From Felis catus (taxonomy: Eukaryota), in the NCBI RefSeq assembly GCF_018350175.1, contig NC_058368.1, positions 130,512,001 to 130,576,000 on the forward strand: a stretch of 64,000 nucleotides of DNA, in the 5' to 3' direction. Under the pieces are notes generated by a model. The model was not told the origin of the DNA and ran no database searches. It was given only the letters and a program-made list of their open reading frames with translations. The translations under genes and the position numbers were made by a program. Every line of letters begins with the position of its first letter. The stretch's first letter is position 1. Positions 25,436 to 38,195 of the stretch are shown piece by piece.

Positions 25436-26592
25436 ATCTCTTTTTTTTGGGCATTGTCTATCCATGGATTTCCCCCATTTTCTTATCAAGTCATTTGCCC
25501 CTCATTTCATAAGAGCTCTTCATGTGTAAGTGATATTAGATTTTCTCTGTTATATTTCGCAAATATTTTTCCCATAGTTTGTTGGTTGTTTTTAAACTTT
25601 ATGGTGTTTTTGTCTTATAGATGAAAAATTACATTGTCTAATATATAATCTTTTCTTTGTTGAACCTAGCTTGTCAAAATAGCATTTCCCCTTCAATTTC
25701 ATTTGTCAACTTCTTCAGCAAGACTTCCTTTAATTTCACAACCAAGTATGTTTCCTCTATTACTTTGCAAATTTCTTGTGGAACATATCACATTTATGTT
25801 TATATGATAGTTTTTGTTTTATATCTTCCTTACAGACTATGTATTCCTTAAGTGAGAAAAACATTGCTCATATGAAAATTCAGTAAAGGAACTGATATTA
25901 TTTGTGATATTATATGAATTCAGTATGAATTCTCTTTAAAAGACTTGGAATTTCGTTGTCTAGTAACTTAATGACAGGAAAACAAATGGGCATATTAATC
26001 TTCAGATTAGAGAATTCTTTCCTCATGTTCCTGAAAGTTTATCCTTAATTCTCCTTGTGTAAGGCTGGGAAGGGCTGTAATTCATAAAATGATGACACAA
26101 CTAAAAAGTTGGAAAGAAGGGAAGTAGAACTTGTTTGGCGGGATAAAGATAACCCCTGTTATTAAAACATACTATGAGCCAGACAAAACTCTTTACCCTC
26201 ATGGAGCTTAGGTTTCAGTGGGTAACAAAAAGTGGTGAACACAATAAACTATATTATATATTAGTGCTAAGATAAGTCCTAGGAAACTATAGATCAAGGT
26301 AAAAAACTATTTGTGACAGAAGGTAAAAGACAGTGCGCCTTGCTGAAAAAGTGATGACTTAGCAAGAGGAGCCGTCCAAGAAGCTTTCTTCCTTAGGTGT
26401 GTGTGGATTACACATTTTGAAGGAAGGAATACTGGTTCTCTGTTAAACCAAAACTTCAAACTTTATTTTTTATTAAGTGTAAAGATAAATGATTTGAAAA
26501 TGTTTGACATTTCTTATCACTCAAATAAATGTAGAATTTAAGTAAGTAGATTTTGGCTATATGCTCTTTTAAAGGTTAAATCAGATGCACAA

Positions 26593-26945
26593 TGTTAAGG
26601 ATTAATTTGTGCACCTGACATTCATATATTGAAAGCCCAATCTCCTACACCTCAGAATGTGACAATATTTGGCTATAGAGTTTTGAAAGGTAGTTAAGAT
26701 AAAATGATGTCATATGGGTGGGCCTTAATCCAATATAACTGGAATCTTTATACAAGGAGGAGATTAAGATACAGAAAACACATAGATTGAGGGGTGTGCA
26801 TGTGAGGACACAGAAAGAATGTGGCCATTTGCAAGTCAAACCTTGCCAGCACCTTGGTCTTAGCCTTCTAACCTCTAGAACTGTGAGAAAATAATTTTTT
26901 GTTGTCTGTGGTAATTTGTTTTGGCAGTCCTAGGAGACCATAAAA
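26593..26945 (+). mobile_element. MLT1B-like MaLR solo LTR
   Basis: CCTCAGAATGTGAC..GGGTGGGCCTTAATCCAATATAACTGG..GCACCTTGGTCTTAGCCTTCTAACCTCTAGAACTGTGAGAAAATA. Confidence 0.8.
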
Positions 26946-27060
26946 ACCTTTAAAGAAATTTGAAATAGGTATTTCAGATTGTTTGTAAGATTTACTCCGT
27001 GTTTTGCTCACAGCTGCTCTGTGGAATGATACAGCCTTGGAAGTTGAAGATAGCATGCCA

Positions 27061-27270
27061 TGTGTGGTAGTCAGCTTTTTGGCTCCCAGTGATGCTTACC
27101 TCTTGGTATTCATACTTTGGGTAGTTTTCAATCACAGCTTTCCTATGTGACCAATAGAATACTGCAGAAACGACAGTGTATCATTTAGTAGGCTAGGTCA
27201 CATTAGATATTATGGCTTCTGCCTTGCTCTCCCTTGGGTCACCAGCTCTGAGGAAAGAGAGCCATCATGT
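27061..27270 (+). mobile_element. MLT1 (F-like) LTR fragment
   Basis: TGTGGTAG..GGCTCCCAGTGAT..TGTGACCAATAGAATA..GGCTAGGTCA..GGCTTCTGCCTTG. Confidence 0.65.
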
Positions 27271-27450
27271 TACGCTACAACAATTTTCATAAAATTTGGA
27301 GTGACTTTTTATGTAAAACATCTCACTAATTCTACTGATTTCTATTTGGAATAGGTTACAAGGAGTATTGCCTCATGACAGCTGGAGTATGGAAGTAAGG
27401 TGGTAGTTACTCTTTTTTTTCTAGTATACATACACCTTTTCCAAGTTATT

Positions 27451-29494
27451 TTTCCCATGTTTTATTGAGATTTAATGCACGTACATCAGTACATAAGTTT
27501 AATATGTACAGCAACAAAGATTTGACTTACATATATTGTGAAATGATCACCACAATAAGTTTAATTAGCACCCATCATCTTACAAACAGACAAAAGTAGA
27601 AAAGGAAAAAAGAAACATTTTGTCCTGTAATGAGAATTCTGAGGATTTACTCTCTTAACAACTTTAATGTATACCTTACAGCAATGTGAGCTATATTAAT
27701 CATGCTGTATATTATATTTTTATGTTATACTTGATTATCTTATACCTGGACATTTATATTTTTTGACCACATTCATCAAATTCCCCTTGCCCACTCCGTG
27801 CCTCTGCTAATCATAAATCTCATCTCTTTCTTTAGGAGTTTGAATTTTTAGTTTTATTTTTTTGTATTCCATGTATAAGTGAAATCATACAGTATTTATC
27901 TTTCTCTCTATTACTTCACTTAGCATTATACCTTTGAGGTCCATCCACATGATAGCCAGAAGTAGGATTTCCTTGTTTGCTTGTTTGTTTGTTTTTTAAA
28001 GCTAAATAATACTCATTTATGTACATGCACCAAAAGTTATTTATCTGTCAATGGACATTTAGGTTGTTTTCATATCTTAGTTATTATAAATAATGCTACT
28101 ATGTACATGAGGGGGCAGATGTATTTTTGGGTTAGTGTTTTCATTTCCCTTGGATATATTTCCAGAAGTAGAATTGTTGGATCATGTGGTACTTCATTTT
28201 TAATTTTCTGAGGATCCTCCCTAGAGTTTTCCATTGTGGCTGTCCCAGTTTACAATCCCACTAAGGGTACACAATTTTTCCCTTTGCTTCACATGATCAC
28301 TAGCATTTAATGTCTTCTGTCTTTTTGATACTGGCTATCCTAACAGGCATGAAGTGATACCTAATTGTGGTTTTGGTATTTCCCTGATGACTAGTGAGGC
28401 TGAGCATCTTTTCATGTACATGTTGGCCTTTTGTATATATTCTTTGGGAAAGTGTCTATTCATGTCTTTTGCCCTTTTTTAGATCATTCTTCTAGCTAGT
28501 TTTATGAGTTATTCATATATTTTGAATACTAAGTCCTTATTAAAAATATGGTGTGAAGTATTTTTTCCGCATTCTCTATTCAGGTGCCACTGTAACCATG
28601 GCTCTGGGATGGACTGTGTAGCTTACTGTGAGCTCTACTAAAGGTCCCTAGCCAGGTGGGTTGAAAGCTGTATTTAGCAGTTGTGGGGCTATGAATTAGT
28701 TTCCATGCTTAGGCATACTGACAGCTCCTAGATCAGTAATGATTTTTGTCTTCTTGACTGAAGCCAAACCATGCCCTTAGTTCTCTTGACAAACAGGTCC
28801 AGTGGTTTTACTCTGGGGGTGATGAACTCTGCCTTCCTGCCTCTCAGTTTGGGGAATACTGGGTTAGGTGGCTTACAGGTGTTCTTACTAGCTCTTCCAC
28901 AGTGGGTGAGGCTATGACTCAGGATCTTGCTTGGGCATGAGCAGACCAGGTTGCTCGCCTGACAGCACTCTTCATTTGGGGACCCAATTCAGGAAGACTG
29001 TATACAACTGAGTTCCCTAGCCAGAAACTCCTGATTGGTTGCTGGAGATGAGCAAATCCATGATTGGTATAACTACTTGGCTTTGTAGGTAGGAACTAGG
29101 TTCACCAAGACCCAGTGCTGGTTGTTGAAGCTCCTCGTTCCTTCTCTGCCACAATTAGATTCCCAGTGCTTGAGCCCCAAAGATTCTCCTGTGGCCCCTG
29201 TGGGGTGAAACGAGACTCAGGTAAAACTACAAAGTTTACCCAGAATGCTGGGAGGCTCAGGGGAGACCTCCCTGGCCTAGGGGAGCAAAAATGTAGTCAA
29301 CATGTATCTGTTTCTCTTGCTCTTCTAATATAGTGTGTTTTTTAGCCTCGTTGGTGCTTCAGTTTCACTCCTGTAAGAGCATTCTGCAATGTCCTCAAGG
29401 GTATCTTGTCTATCAATAGTTGTTCATTGTTTTCCTCTTGAATGGGAAAGAAGTTAGAAATGATCTATGTCACCATGTTGATGATATCACTCTT
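27451..29494 (-). mobile_element. Internally deleted or spliced L1: 5' UTR (~28574-29494) fused to ORF2 C-terminus + 3' UTR (27451-28573)
   Basis: L1MA9/carnivore-type 3' UTR, antisense ORF2 C-domain, GC-richer 5' part starting (minus) AGAGTGATATCATCAACATGGTG; AGTTATT repeats at 27444-27450 and 29501-29507. Confidence 0.75.
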
Positions 29495-29908
29495 GCAGTC
29501 AGTTATTAAATCAAACACTAATATAAGTACTCCTTTGAAGGGATTTTGCAGCTCTAATTCAAGTCCCTAGTCAATTGATAAAATACACCAACAGAAAAAT
29601 TATCCTAGATGGGTATGACTCAGTTGGAAAATCTTAAAAGTAATCTCACGTCTTCCGTGAAGAAGGAGAGACTCTCAAGCATGGACAAAAACTTGGAGCT
29701 TGTGCCATTTGGGTTCCAGACTGTTTGTGACCTTCCCTTTCTACTGTGTGTTCTATGGATTTCAGACTTGCTTGGCCAGGAAAATACGAGTAAGAAAATT
29801 ACTTTTAATGAGTTCCTTAATATAGATATAATATATGTATATTAATATATAGAGATGTGTATATAAAATCTGTTCTGTTTTGCTGCCTTGGTTGAACTGG
29901 AATGATAT
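29495..29908 (+). mobile_element. MLT2D-like ERVL LTR (its 5' stub lies at ~27400-27450, split by the L1)
   Basis: CAGTTATTAAATCAAACACTAAT..GAAGGGATTTTGCAG..ATTATCCTAGAT..ATGGATTTCAGACTTGC..GGTTGAACTG. Confidence 0.75.
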
Positions 29909-30329
29909 ATTTACTAAATATAAGTGAGAAGTGTTTTTTCTGTTAAGATTATACAAATTATCATTTGATTAAGTAATCCAGTCACATTTTAGCAATTTAA
30001 ATCAATTTCCAAATAATTTGTTACATATACATTTAGCCAGAAGTTTTACAAAATTAACATCAATTAACTCCAGTGAATTATAAATTTCTCTCACAATGAA
30101 TTAATTCTCTATAAGGAAAAGATTGTGTGACTATATTATCCATTTCCTCAAAAATAATGAGTTTCAAGCCAAAAGAGTAACATGTGTATTCTGGGAAAAT
30201 AAATTGTTTTTCAAGTCAGTAATTTATTCATCTCCCTTAAATAAACTATCCTTTCAAACTTAAGACAACAAATATATCAATCAATCTTACTTTCATCTTA
30301 GGTATATCCCTCATTCTTATTCTCAAAAT

Positions 30330-32140
30330 CTCAAAAGAGTAGTCTGTATTCGTAGTTTACTTTTTTTTTTCCTCACTTTCATAACCATTAAGACTTGGTT
30401 TCCATTCTTAACACTACAAAATTGGTCCTGACTTTTTTGCCATTAAATTTAAGAGCTACATTTATTGATCAAATTACTCAACGTTTTGGCATCATTTGAC
30501 AGTATTTGACATCTTTTTCCTTCTCAGAAACCGTTCTTTCCAATGGCATTAATGGCATAACGACATTCTAGTTTTTCTACTTTTAACAGATTACACTTTT
30601 CCCAGCGTTTTTACAGCTCATCAGTCTCTGGCTATGCTTCAGCTCTTCAAGGTACAGTCTTAGTTTTTCTTTTTCTTTTTTCTATATTATCTCCTTAGAA
30701 ATATTATCCCACATGCATGCTTCAGTAACCACCTAGATGCCAAATGACTTTGAAATGTATTGTCATCATTTCATATGTGACATTTGTATCCAACTGCTCC
30801 TTCATTGTCTGTATTGAGGTATCTCAGAAGGCACCTGTAAGGCAATGAGTCCAAAACTGATGATCTCCCCCAAAAACCTTCCCTCTTGCAGTATTCTTGA
30901 TTTTAGTAATGAACATTATTAGCTATTTTCCCAAGTTAAAAAAAATCTGATATTCTTGGTAAATCCTCTTGCTTGAATTTGTCCTTCTCAAGCCCCTCGA
31001 TCATATTCATCTCCATACCCTGCTAATTCTACCATCAGAATTTGACTTCTCCTCTGTGTATACTCCACTCCCATCCAATTTCTTCTTTTTTTAAATATGA
31101 AATTTATTGTCAAACCGGTTTCCATACAACACCCAGTGCTCATCCCAACAGGTGACCTCCTCAATATCCATCACCCACCCTCTCCTCCCTCCCACCCACC
31201 ATCAACCCTCAGTTTGTTCTCAGTCTCTTATGTTTTGGCTCCCTCCGTCTCTAACCTTTTTTTTTTTTCCTTCCCCCCCCCCATGGTCTTCTGTTAAGTT
31301 TCTCAGGATTCACACAAAAGTGAAAACATACGGTATCTGTCTTTCTCTGTATGACTTATTTCACTTAGCATGACACTCTCCAGTTCCATCCACGTTGCTA
31401 CAAAAGGCCATATTTCATTCTTTCCCATTGCCACGTAGTCTTCCATTGTGTATATGAACCACAATTTCTTCATCCAACAATAGCCAAATTACGGAAAGAG
31501 ACTAAATGTCCATCCACTGATGAATGGATAAAGAAATTATGGTTTATATACTCTCATCCAATTTCAAGCTACTTTCTGCTCAAAAGTAGACTTTAAAAGG
31601 CCTTTAATAAGCCTCCATGCAATGACTCTTGCTTAACACTCTCCAATTCATTTTTCACACTGCAAGCAGAAAATCTTTTAAACCCTAAGTCTCACCCTGT
31701 TACTTCCATGCTTAAAATCTTGAAGGGGTTCCTAGTCACCTATATCTTCTTTGTCATTTCTTGCCATTCCCTCTACATGTATCTGTCCCAACTATACTCC
31801 TCGTCTTTCATTTGCCACTTTGAGAACTGCACATGCTGTCCCCGTGTCTGCCACACCATCTCCAACCAGTACCTTCCCTTAGTTAACTTTTACTCCTTAT
31901 TTGGATTTTTGCCTAAATGACATCCATCTGGGGACAATATCCTCATGTCCACGATTAGATTATCCTGTCATGACCTCTCAAGCATTCTACACTTTTTTAC
32001 TCATAATTCTGTGTGCGCCATGAGAAACTGAGGTGTTCCTCTTCCCTATTATTGTATCTTCAAGTGGTAGAATAGGCCTAATGCATGTTAGACACTCACA
32101 AGTACTTGAGAAATAACTAAATAAGTGAATTATTGAGTGA
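30330..32140 (+). mobile_element. LINE-2 (RT region to 3' end), interrupted by an L1
   Basis: GCATCATTTGACA..CCTTCTCAGAAAC RT-region motif; TCCAAAACTGA; 3' end ..ACACTCACAAGTACTTGAG..GTGAATTATTGAGTGAA. Confidence 0.7.
31083..31551 (-). mobile_element. Young cat-type L1 3' end with 5' inversion
   Basis: Minus-strand 3' UTR 31083-31476, plus-strand ORF2 piece 31475-31551; TSD ACTCYCATCCAATTTC at 31067-31082 and 31550-31565. Confidence 0.93.
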
Positions 32141-33010
32141 AGCACCACTATAGCATCAAATGTAGTTTCTGCTGAAGTACTAGTGTTGAATGTGATAAGA
32201 ACCTGAGGAATATGAACTTGTGGATTTTGATATTTATTCTTTCTTAATTACATACACTTTGCATTTGCACAGTTTCTAAATCACAGGCTGAGCTTTTTAA
32301 ACTTCTGCTAGAATTGAGAATTCAGCCTGTGATGTGCAATTCCAGCTGTGTTCTCCATACTTACCATCATCACCAAACCACAAATTATGCACTTAAACAT
32401 ACAGCTTTGCAGGTGATGCATGAAAATATCCAGCTTGTTTTTCCATAGCTTTATTGCTTGTATAAATCTTTTGGAAGTCAAAACATTTCTTGCATTTATG
32501 ATATAAGTAACTGACACAAAAATACACAGTAAGCAGAAAGAGGAAAAAAGTTCCACCTTTGTATGATTCTAGTTACACCTACAGTTTACTTGTCAGGAAG
32601 GATTTTTAATTTTGTGTGCCATTTTTTTTCTCTTGGATATCTGATGAATGTCAGTCAATAGTTGCTAATTAATTTGCCTTCTTTAATAGAATCTTCAATT
32701 AAATGAATTCTTCAGAGTCCTGATGTTTTAGGACAGTGGTACCAGTAAACAAAAAACAGAGACTGGAAATAACTTGCATAAGTGTAAGAGTAATGGCATT
32801 TTGGACCACTGACATGCTAAATACAATGAAAAAAGTCTAGATCTTTTCCAGGTTCTTAGAATCTCAGTCATGAACTGGTTAGGTCATAAGATACACATAT
32901 TTTTTACTGGATAAAGTTGATAGAATTATTAAAAAAGCTAGATGTTTTTCAAAAATTCCAGTGTTGCCATGATGTAAAACTCCAGTATCATCAAGATATA
33001 GTGGAACATT

Positions 33011-33219
33011 GGGGGCACCTGGGTGGCTCAGTCGGTTGAGTGTCCGACTTCGGCTCAGGTTGTGATCTCACGGTTGGTGGGTTCTAGCCCCACGTCAGGC
33101 TCTGTGCTGACAGCTCAGGGCCTGGAGCCTGCTTCGGATTCTATGTCTTCCTCTCTTTCTCTGCCCCTCCGCCGCTCGTGCTCTGTCTCTCTCTGCCTCT
33201 CAAAAATAAGAAACGTAAA
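33011..33219 (+). mobile_element. Felid CanSINE
   Basis: GGGGGCACCTGGGTGGCTCAGTCGGTTGAG start; TSD ATATAGTGGAACAT at 32996-33009 and 33220-33233. Confidence 0.96.
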
Positions 33220-33507
33220 ATATAGTGGAACATCTTATGCCTGAGATTTGACACCATTCTAACACTACTCTGATGGCAAGCATAAAGATCTTCAGAATTC
33301 TCACTTCATCTTCTCCCCGTTGTGCCCTCCATTCTGGCTTCAGTAAGACACAGGGGATTGAACAAAGTAGGTCTCAAGTAGTGTGATAGCACCTTTTTAT
33401 TCAACATTTGAGTTTGATTTCTTGGAACTTTTATATGATTTTTTACAGTGGAATTCTGGCAGGGAGTATGATTATTTTGTAGAACCAAGCCATATGCTAT
33501 CAGTGGG

Positions 33508-33508
<1 letters not shown>

Positions 33509-33552
<44 letters not shown>
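33509..33552. repeat. (TG)22 microsatellite
   Basis: Direct reading. Confidence 0.97.
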
Positions 33553-33554
<2 letters not shown>

Positions 33555-35048
33555 TGTATGTGCGCAAGCTTGACAATTGCAGTCACCACTGTAGGTCATA
33601 CTTTATAAGGGGCTTACATAGTAGGTATCAGAAAGGCAAACAGGGCACTTGTGGAAAACTTTAAAACCAGCATCTAGGGGGCAGGGATATCTTATGGCTG
33701 AGGGCATAATCTGCTTTTCATCTCCTCCAGCCCATAAACAAGAGCCCTTGCATCTCTCTAGGATATTGGATTTTATCACCAGGAAGCATATAGCACTACT
33801 GTCTGGCCAAGCTGTAGGCTACACTTTGTAAAAAGAGGTGTAGACAGGTAATTAAAGACACCATCTCTCCTTACTGGGATTGGGTTTGGAGAAGGCAAAT
33901 AGGAAAGGTAAGAGTCGAAGCCTAAAGTTAACTCACACAAGTATAAAAATAAAACTGAATGATAAAGCAGATACATTTCGGTCTTAAAAATGCTCCACTG
34001 GAATTTGTTTTGGTGCAAAACACCCTCCTTTGGAGGACCCACCATCACTATCACCTCACCTCAGGAGTAATTACATAGCACTAACTGGATGCCATCTCAA
34101 AAATTTCCAGTTTGCTAAGGTATTGATAAAGTCAGCTTGTAAAATATCCTAAGGTTATTCATAAATATTTACATTTATTGATATTTCCTGGAGTCATAAT
34201 CAAGTATTAGGCTTTCGCCTTTCAAGTTAAATAAGAAAGTTGCATGTAATATTGTGAACTTTTTCCTTTAGGGCTAAGAATGTATAATCTTGATGCCTTC
34301 GCATGAAGAATGATATTTTATTGAGAACTGGCACTGCTATACCTGACCTATTCAAAGAAAGAAAAAATAAGATAATAGTATTAAAGAAACAATAATACTT
34401 GTTGGTGTTCTATTGAATCAGTTTTGTCTATATACTAAAACGATGAACCTCTGGTCAATAAAAATGAAACAAAAAATTGTGCATACCTAGTCAATCAACT
34501 GCTTATATTAATGATGATATTAAATGATCAGTTTGATTAAGCAGTTCATTTATCACCACTGCATTAATGTTGTGTTGAGACACTGTAAATCGACTGAAAT
34601 TAAACTTGAGACCACCAGCTGTGGGTTTAAATCTAAATCACAGTATGTTTGAAGTTTACTAGCTAGCCATTTATTGTCATGCATCATAGAATATCATAAT
34701 CCCAAAGGTACATGTAATATCACTCATTCACACATTCATGAAATTAAAAATTTGCATAAAGACTAGGATGTTCTTTTCTGTGTGGGTTTTACATTTTATA
34801 GGATGTTGGTGGCTTTGGTTCATATTGTGAACATTGGCTAGTGGTTACCAATAAAGATATGAGAGTTCTGATCTCCTGAGTGTGTCAGGTCAGAGCCGAT
34901 TTTAGTATCTGGGTTACTTTTTGAAGGCGGACTTCATATTCTATTTGGCAGTTTATTCAGTGTGTTAGAGTGTTGTTTTATGCCATATTTGTCCTTCTGG
35001 AGTTGGGGCATTACCGCAATTTCTTTAGGAACTTGAGAATCATTAGGG

Positions 35049-35110
35049 AGAATTAAGAAATTATTAATTGTGGAATGAAGAATTAAGAAGTTCTTTATTC
35101 TGGAATTAAG
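35049..35110. repeat. Degenerate 2x30-bp tandem repeat
   Basis: AGAATTAAGAAATTATTAATTGTGGAATGA / AGAATTAAGAAGTTCTTTATTCTGGAATTA, 25/30 identical. Confidence 0.7.
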
Positions 35111-36387
35111 GAAAATGTTGATAGATGAGCAGTATGGAAACACCTCTAGGAAGAGAAAAAGCAGTGCCTTGGATAGAGGAGTATATTGAATTTCTCAATG
35201 AGTTCCTGTCTTCCAAATGTCCCTTCGAAGCCTGGGGTGGCCATATTTGGTGAAATGATATCTAAGATTATATCTAACTGAACCATTTATTAGACAAACC
35301 TGACATTAAGCAAGGTCCTTAGTGTTTAAGGATAGACATGTACATGCAACTTCCCTTGTTAGAAAATGGTCTGACTTAAATGAACCACCTTCAGTGTTCG
35401 TCAAGAACTCAAGATAGATGCACAGCATCTTGTTCTCAGGCAGAAGAAAAGCTATTGTCACAGGGAGGCTAACTGGCTTGTGACAAATCATACTATAACT
35501 GCCGCATCAGTATTTATTCTCTTTACAACCCAATGGTGACAAATACGGGGGATGTTATAGATAGACATATCTATGTATCTATAAAAGTTAGGATTGCTTA
35601 CCTCAAGAAGAGAAGCCTAGTGGATAAGCATTGCCCACACATAACTTAAAAGCAATTCAAGGCATGTTAAGTACTGGAAGAAAAGTAGAATGTACAGTGC
35701 CAAGTTGATTCCATGGTGAAATGTTTTAAAAAGTAACCATACCTAATACACTGTAGACAAAAGCCTCTGTTGGATCCTACATATATATAATAAATGCTTT
35801 CCACAGCTATTGTTTCACAGAACACTCTTTAAGGATATTATTAGGTGTGTTGTTAACAAAAGTATTTTGTTTTCCACAGCATTTAGAATATGCTAAATTA
35901 TGTTTAAGGAGACCATTTATTCTCCAATCCTCATGTTTTTACCAAAATGTGTTAGAGGGAATCTTTGAACAGAATTATCTACCCTCAATTGGTCTCTATG
36001 TCTCTGTATTTCTCTCTCTCCCTCCCTTTTCCTGTCTGGTTCTCACTCTCTTCTCCCCCTATTCTCTGTTTTCTTGTGAGTCTAGCATCTATTGAACCAG
36101 GCTCATTGGGTGGGCTGCTGACCATGTCAAAAGGAAAATAGGCCATGATGACTTGATGAAGCCATTTTCAGGTTCTAGCTATGTTTTTGAATTCAGTGTA
36201 AAGGTGAGCACTGTTATTCGGGAGTTACTGGACATCCACTAATAATGTGTCATTTTGATCTTCATCATATTCCTATTCCACTTTTCTAGTAATGAGAATC
36301 CAGAGGAGAGCAGGCATAATTATCTGACATATCAAATCTCAAATAGACTAGTTCAGTTAAACAGCTTTCTTGATTCAGGACTCTTTA

Positions 36388-36625
36388 TTTTTTTGTTTTA
36401 TTTTTTTTTTTAATTTTTTTTTTAACATTTATTTATTTTTGAGACAGAGAGAGACAGAGCATGAACGGGAGAGGGGCAGAGAGAGAGGGAGACACAGAAT
36501 CGGAAGCAGGCTCCAGGCTCTGAGCCATCAGCCCAGAGCCCGACGTGGGGCTTGAACTCACAGACCGTGAGATCGTGACCTGAGCTGAAGTCGGACGCTT
36601 AACCGACTGAGCCACCCAGGCGCCC
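36388..36625 (-). mobile_element. Felid CanSINE
   Basis: CpG-rich body; TSD ATTCAGGACTCTTTA at 36373-36387 and 36627-36641. Confidence 0.97.
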
Positions 36626-36744
36626 AATTCAGGACTCTTTAGATCCAGTGTTATAGTAATGTATGTTAAGAATATTTAAGTAAGGTGTAGATAGTAACAG
36701 TGTTTTCCAAATCACCTTGGAGTTACTAGTAAGATATTTGAGAG

Positions 36745-36990
36745 CTAGCAATAGCTACCACCTACTAAGCATAAGTACCAGGAACTGTGGTAAATTTTTG
36801 CTCATGTCACCTCAATTTATTCTTAAAATGGTTCTGTAGGATAATCACTGTTATATAATCATTTTGGTCTGAGGGTTGGTCTGAGAAGCTAAGTAACTTG
36901 CCCAAAGTTACAAAACACATAAATTACCATAGTGGTAATTCAAACACAGGCCTATGAGTGAAAGATTCTGCTCTGAACCACTGCATTATA
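36745..36990 (-). mobile_element. MIR SINE
   Basis: Core GAGAAGCTAAGTAACTTGCCCAAAGTTACA..ATTCAAACACAGG..GCTCTGAACCACTGCA. Confidence 0.75.
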
Positions 36991-37799
36991 ACATGGAATA
37001 TATTTGAGAAGCTTTTGTTCATTAAGGTGCCTGTCTTCTCTGGGTTATCTTTAGATTATAGGAAATTTTCATACAGATCTTAAAACTATAGAAAAGACTG
37101 AGAATAGAGCTAAATTCTTGCTTTAGGTTTCATATGCATCAGGGCATAAGTAAAGCTTAAACATGAAAAATATAACTTCAGTCTGGGGGTGCTACAAAAG
37201 GGGATATCCATTCCTTCTCATCGTTATTGGTAGTACTAAATATTACCTACTCAACTCTACAGGCAAGAAAAAATACAGAGGAGAAGATTTTCCTATTTAT
37301 TTCTCTGTTCCAGTCAAGATTCAGACATATTCATTAGGAAGATATAACTTAAGAGTGTTTTAAGAGATTCTTTATGGAAAAGATCAATGATAATTTGGAG
37401 TGAATAATGTATCCATGGAAACAGAATGAAACACAGCACTGTAATTCTGGACCCTGGCATTCTAGATCTGTTTCCGTGATTGACTTTTATTTTGAAAATT
37501 ACTTAATCTTTTAGCCTCTGTTCCCATATTTGTGAAGTGAGTTGTAAGTCTCAACCTGGGATAGCAAATATCCCAGGTGTAGTACCATACTGTTCTCAGC
37601 TTTGGAGAAGAAAACCGTTGACTTTGTTCTACTGATTCAACAGTGGCAGCAGATAGTGTACCTGTCAAGACAAAGAAATATATAGCAGTGGGGTTCCTCT
37701 TAGGATCTCAGAGAGATTCTTCAATGCATTGGAGATCAGAACTTAGAATAGCACACTACAAGCCATTAAAGAGGAAAGATATCACACAGTAATTAAGAC

Positions 37800-38195
37800 T
37801 AAATTGCCAGGTAGAAATACCTGCTCCCCTAAACTGCTTTGCAGTTAAGGAAACTAAGTAACAAAATTTTGGTGAATGGGCACAAGGTGAGGGCCTTAAG
37901 GAAAGTTTTGACTTTTTTGATTCAGGTGCTTCCCTTTCCACCTTCTTTTTATGTTGAATGTGGACATGATGTGTGGACTTTGACTGCTATGTTGCCACCA
38001 TGGGGCCACAAGCTTCTGGATAAAAGTGAAGGAAAGGCAGAACGAGGCTGGCTTTGTCTTTGATGGTGTCACTGAGCCGCCAAATCAGTTCACTTTCAAC
38101 TGAACATGATTTGTAACAGCAATAAAACAAATATGTCATTATCTAGTTTCAGTCATTAGTCAGGTTTTCTGTTGCCCATAACCAGATTTCTAACT
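37800..38195 (+). mobile_element. Old MLT1 (J/K/L-like) LTR
   Basis: GAATGTGGACATGATG..TGCTATGTTGCCACCATGGGG..TTGATGGTGTCACTGAGCCGC..TAGTCAGGTTTTCTGTT. Confidence 0.6.

Larger units (their letters stand above)
23110..25640 (-). mobile_element. Old L1 (L1MC/L1ME-like) 3' fragments
   Basis: Degenerate ORF2 C-terminus in ORF 24795-25052 (LPFDPA..RLFIIALFIIAK..WKQ..MEYCLAI) plus old 3' UTR-like sequence. Confidence 0.65.

Noticed and set aside
33011..33090. tRNA gene calls at SINE heads (A/B-box-like motifs)
   Set aside because: These are the tRNA-derived 5' regions of CanSINEs, followed by CT tracts, poly(A) and TSDs
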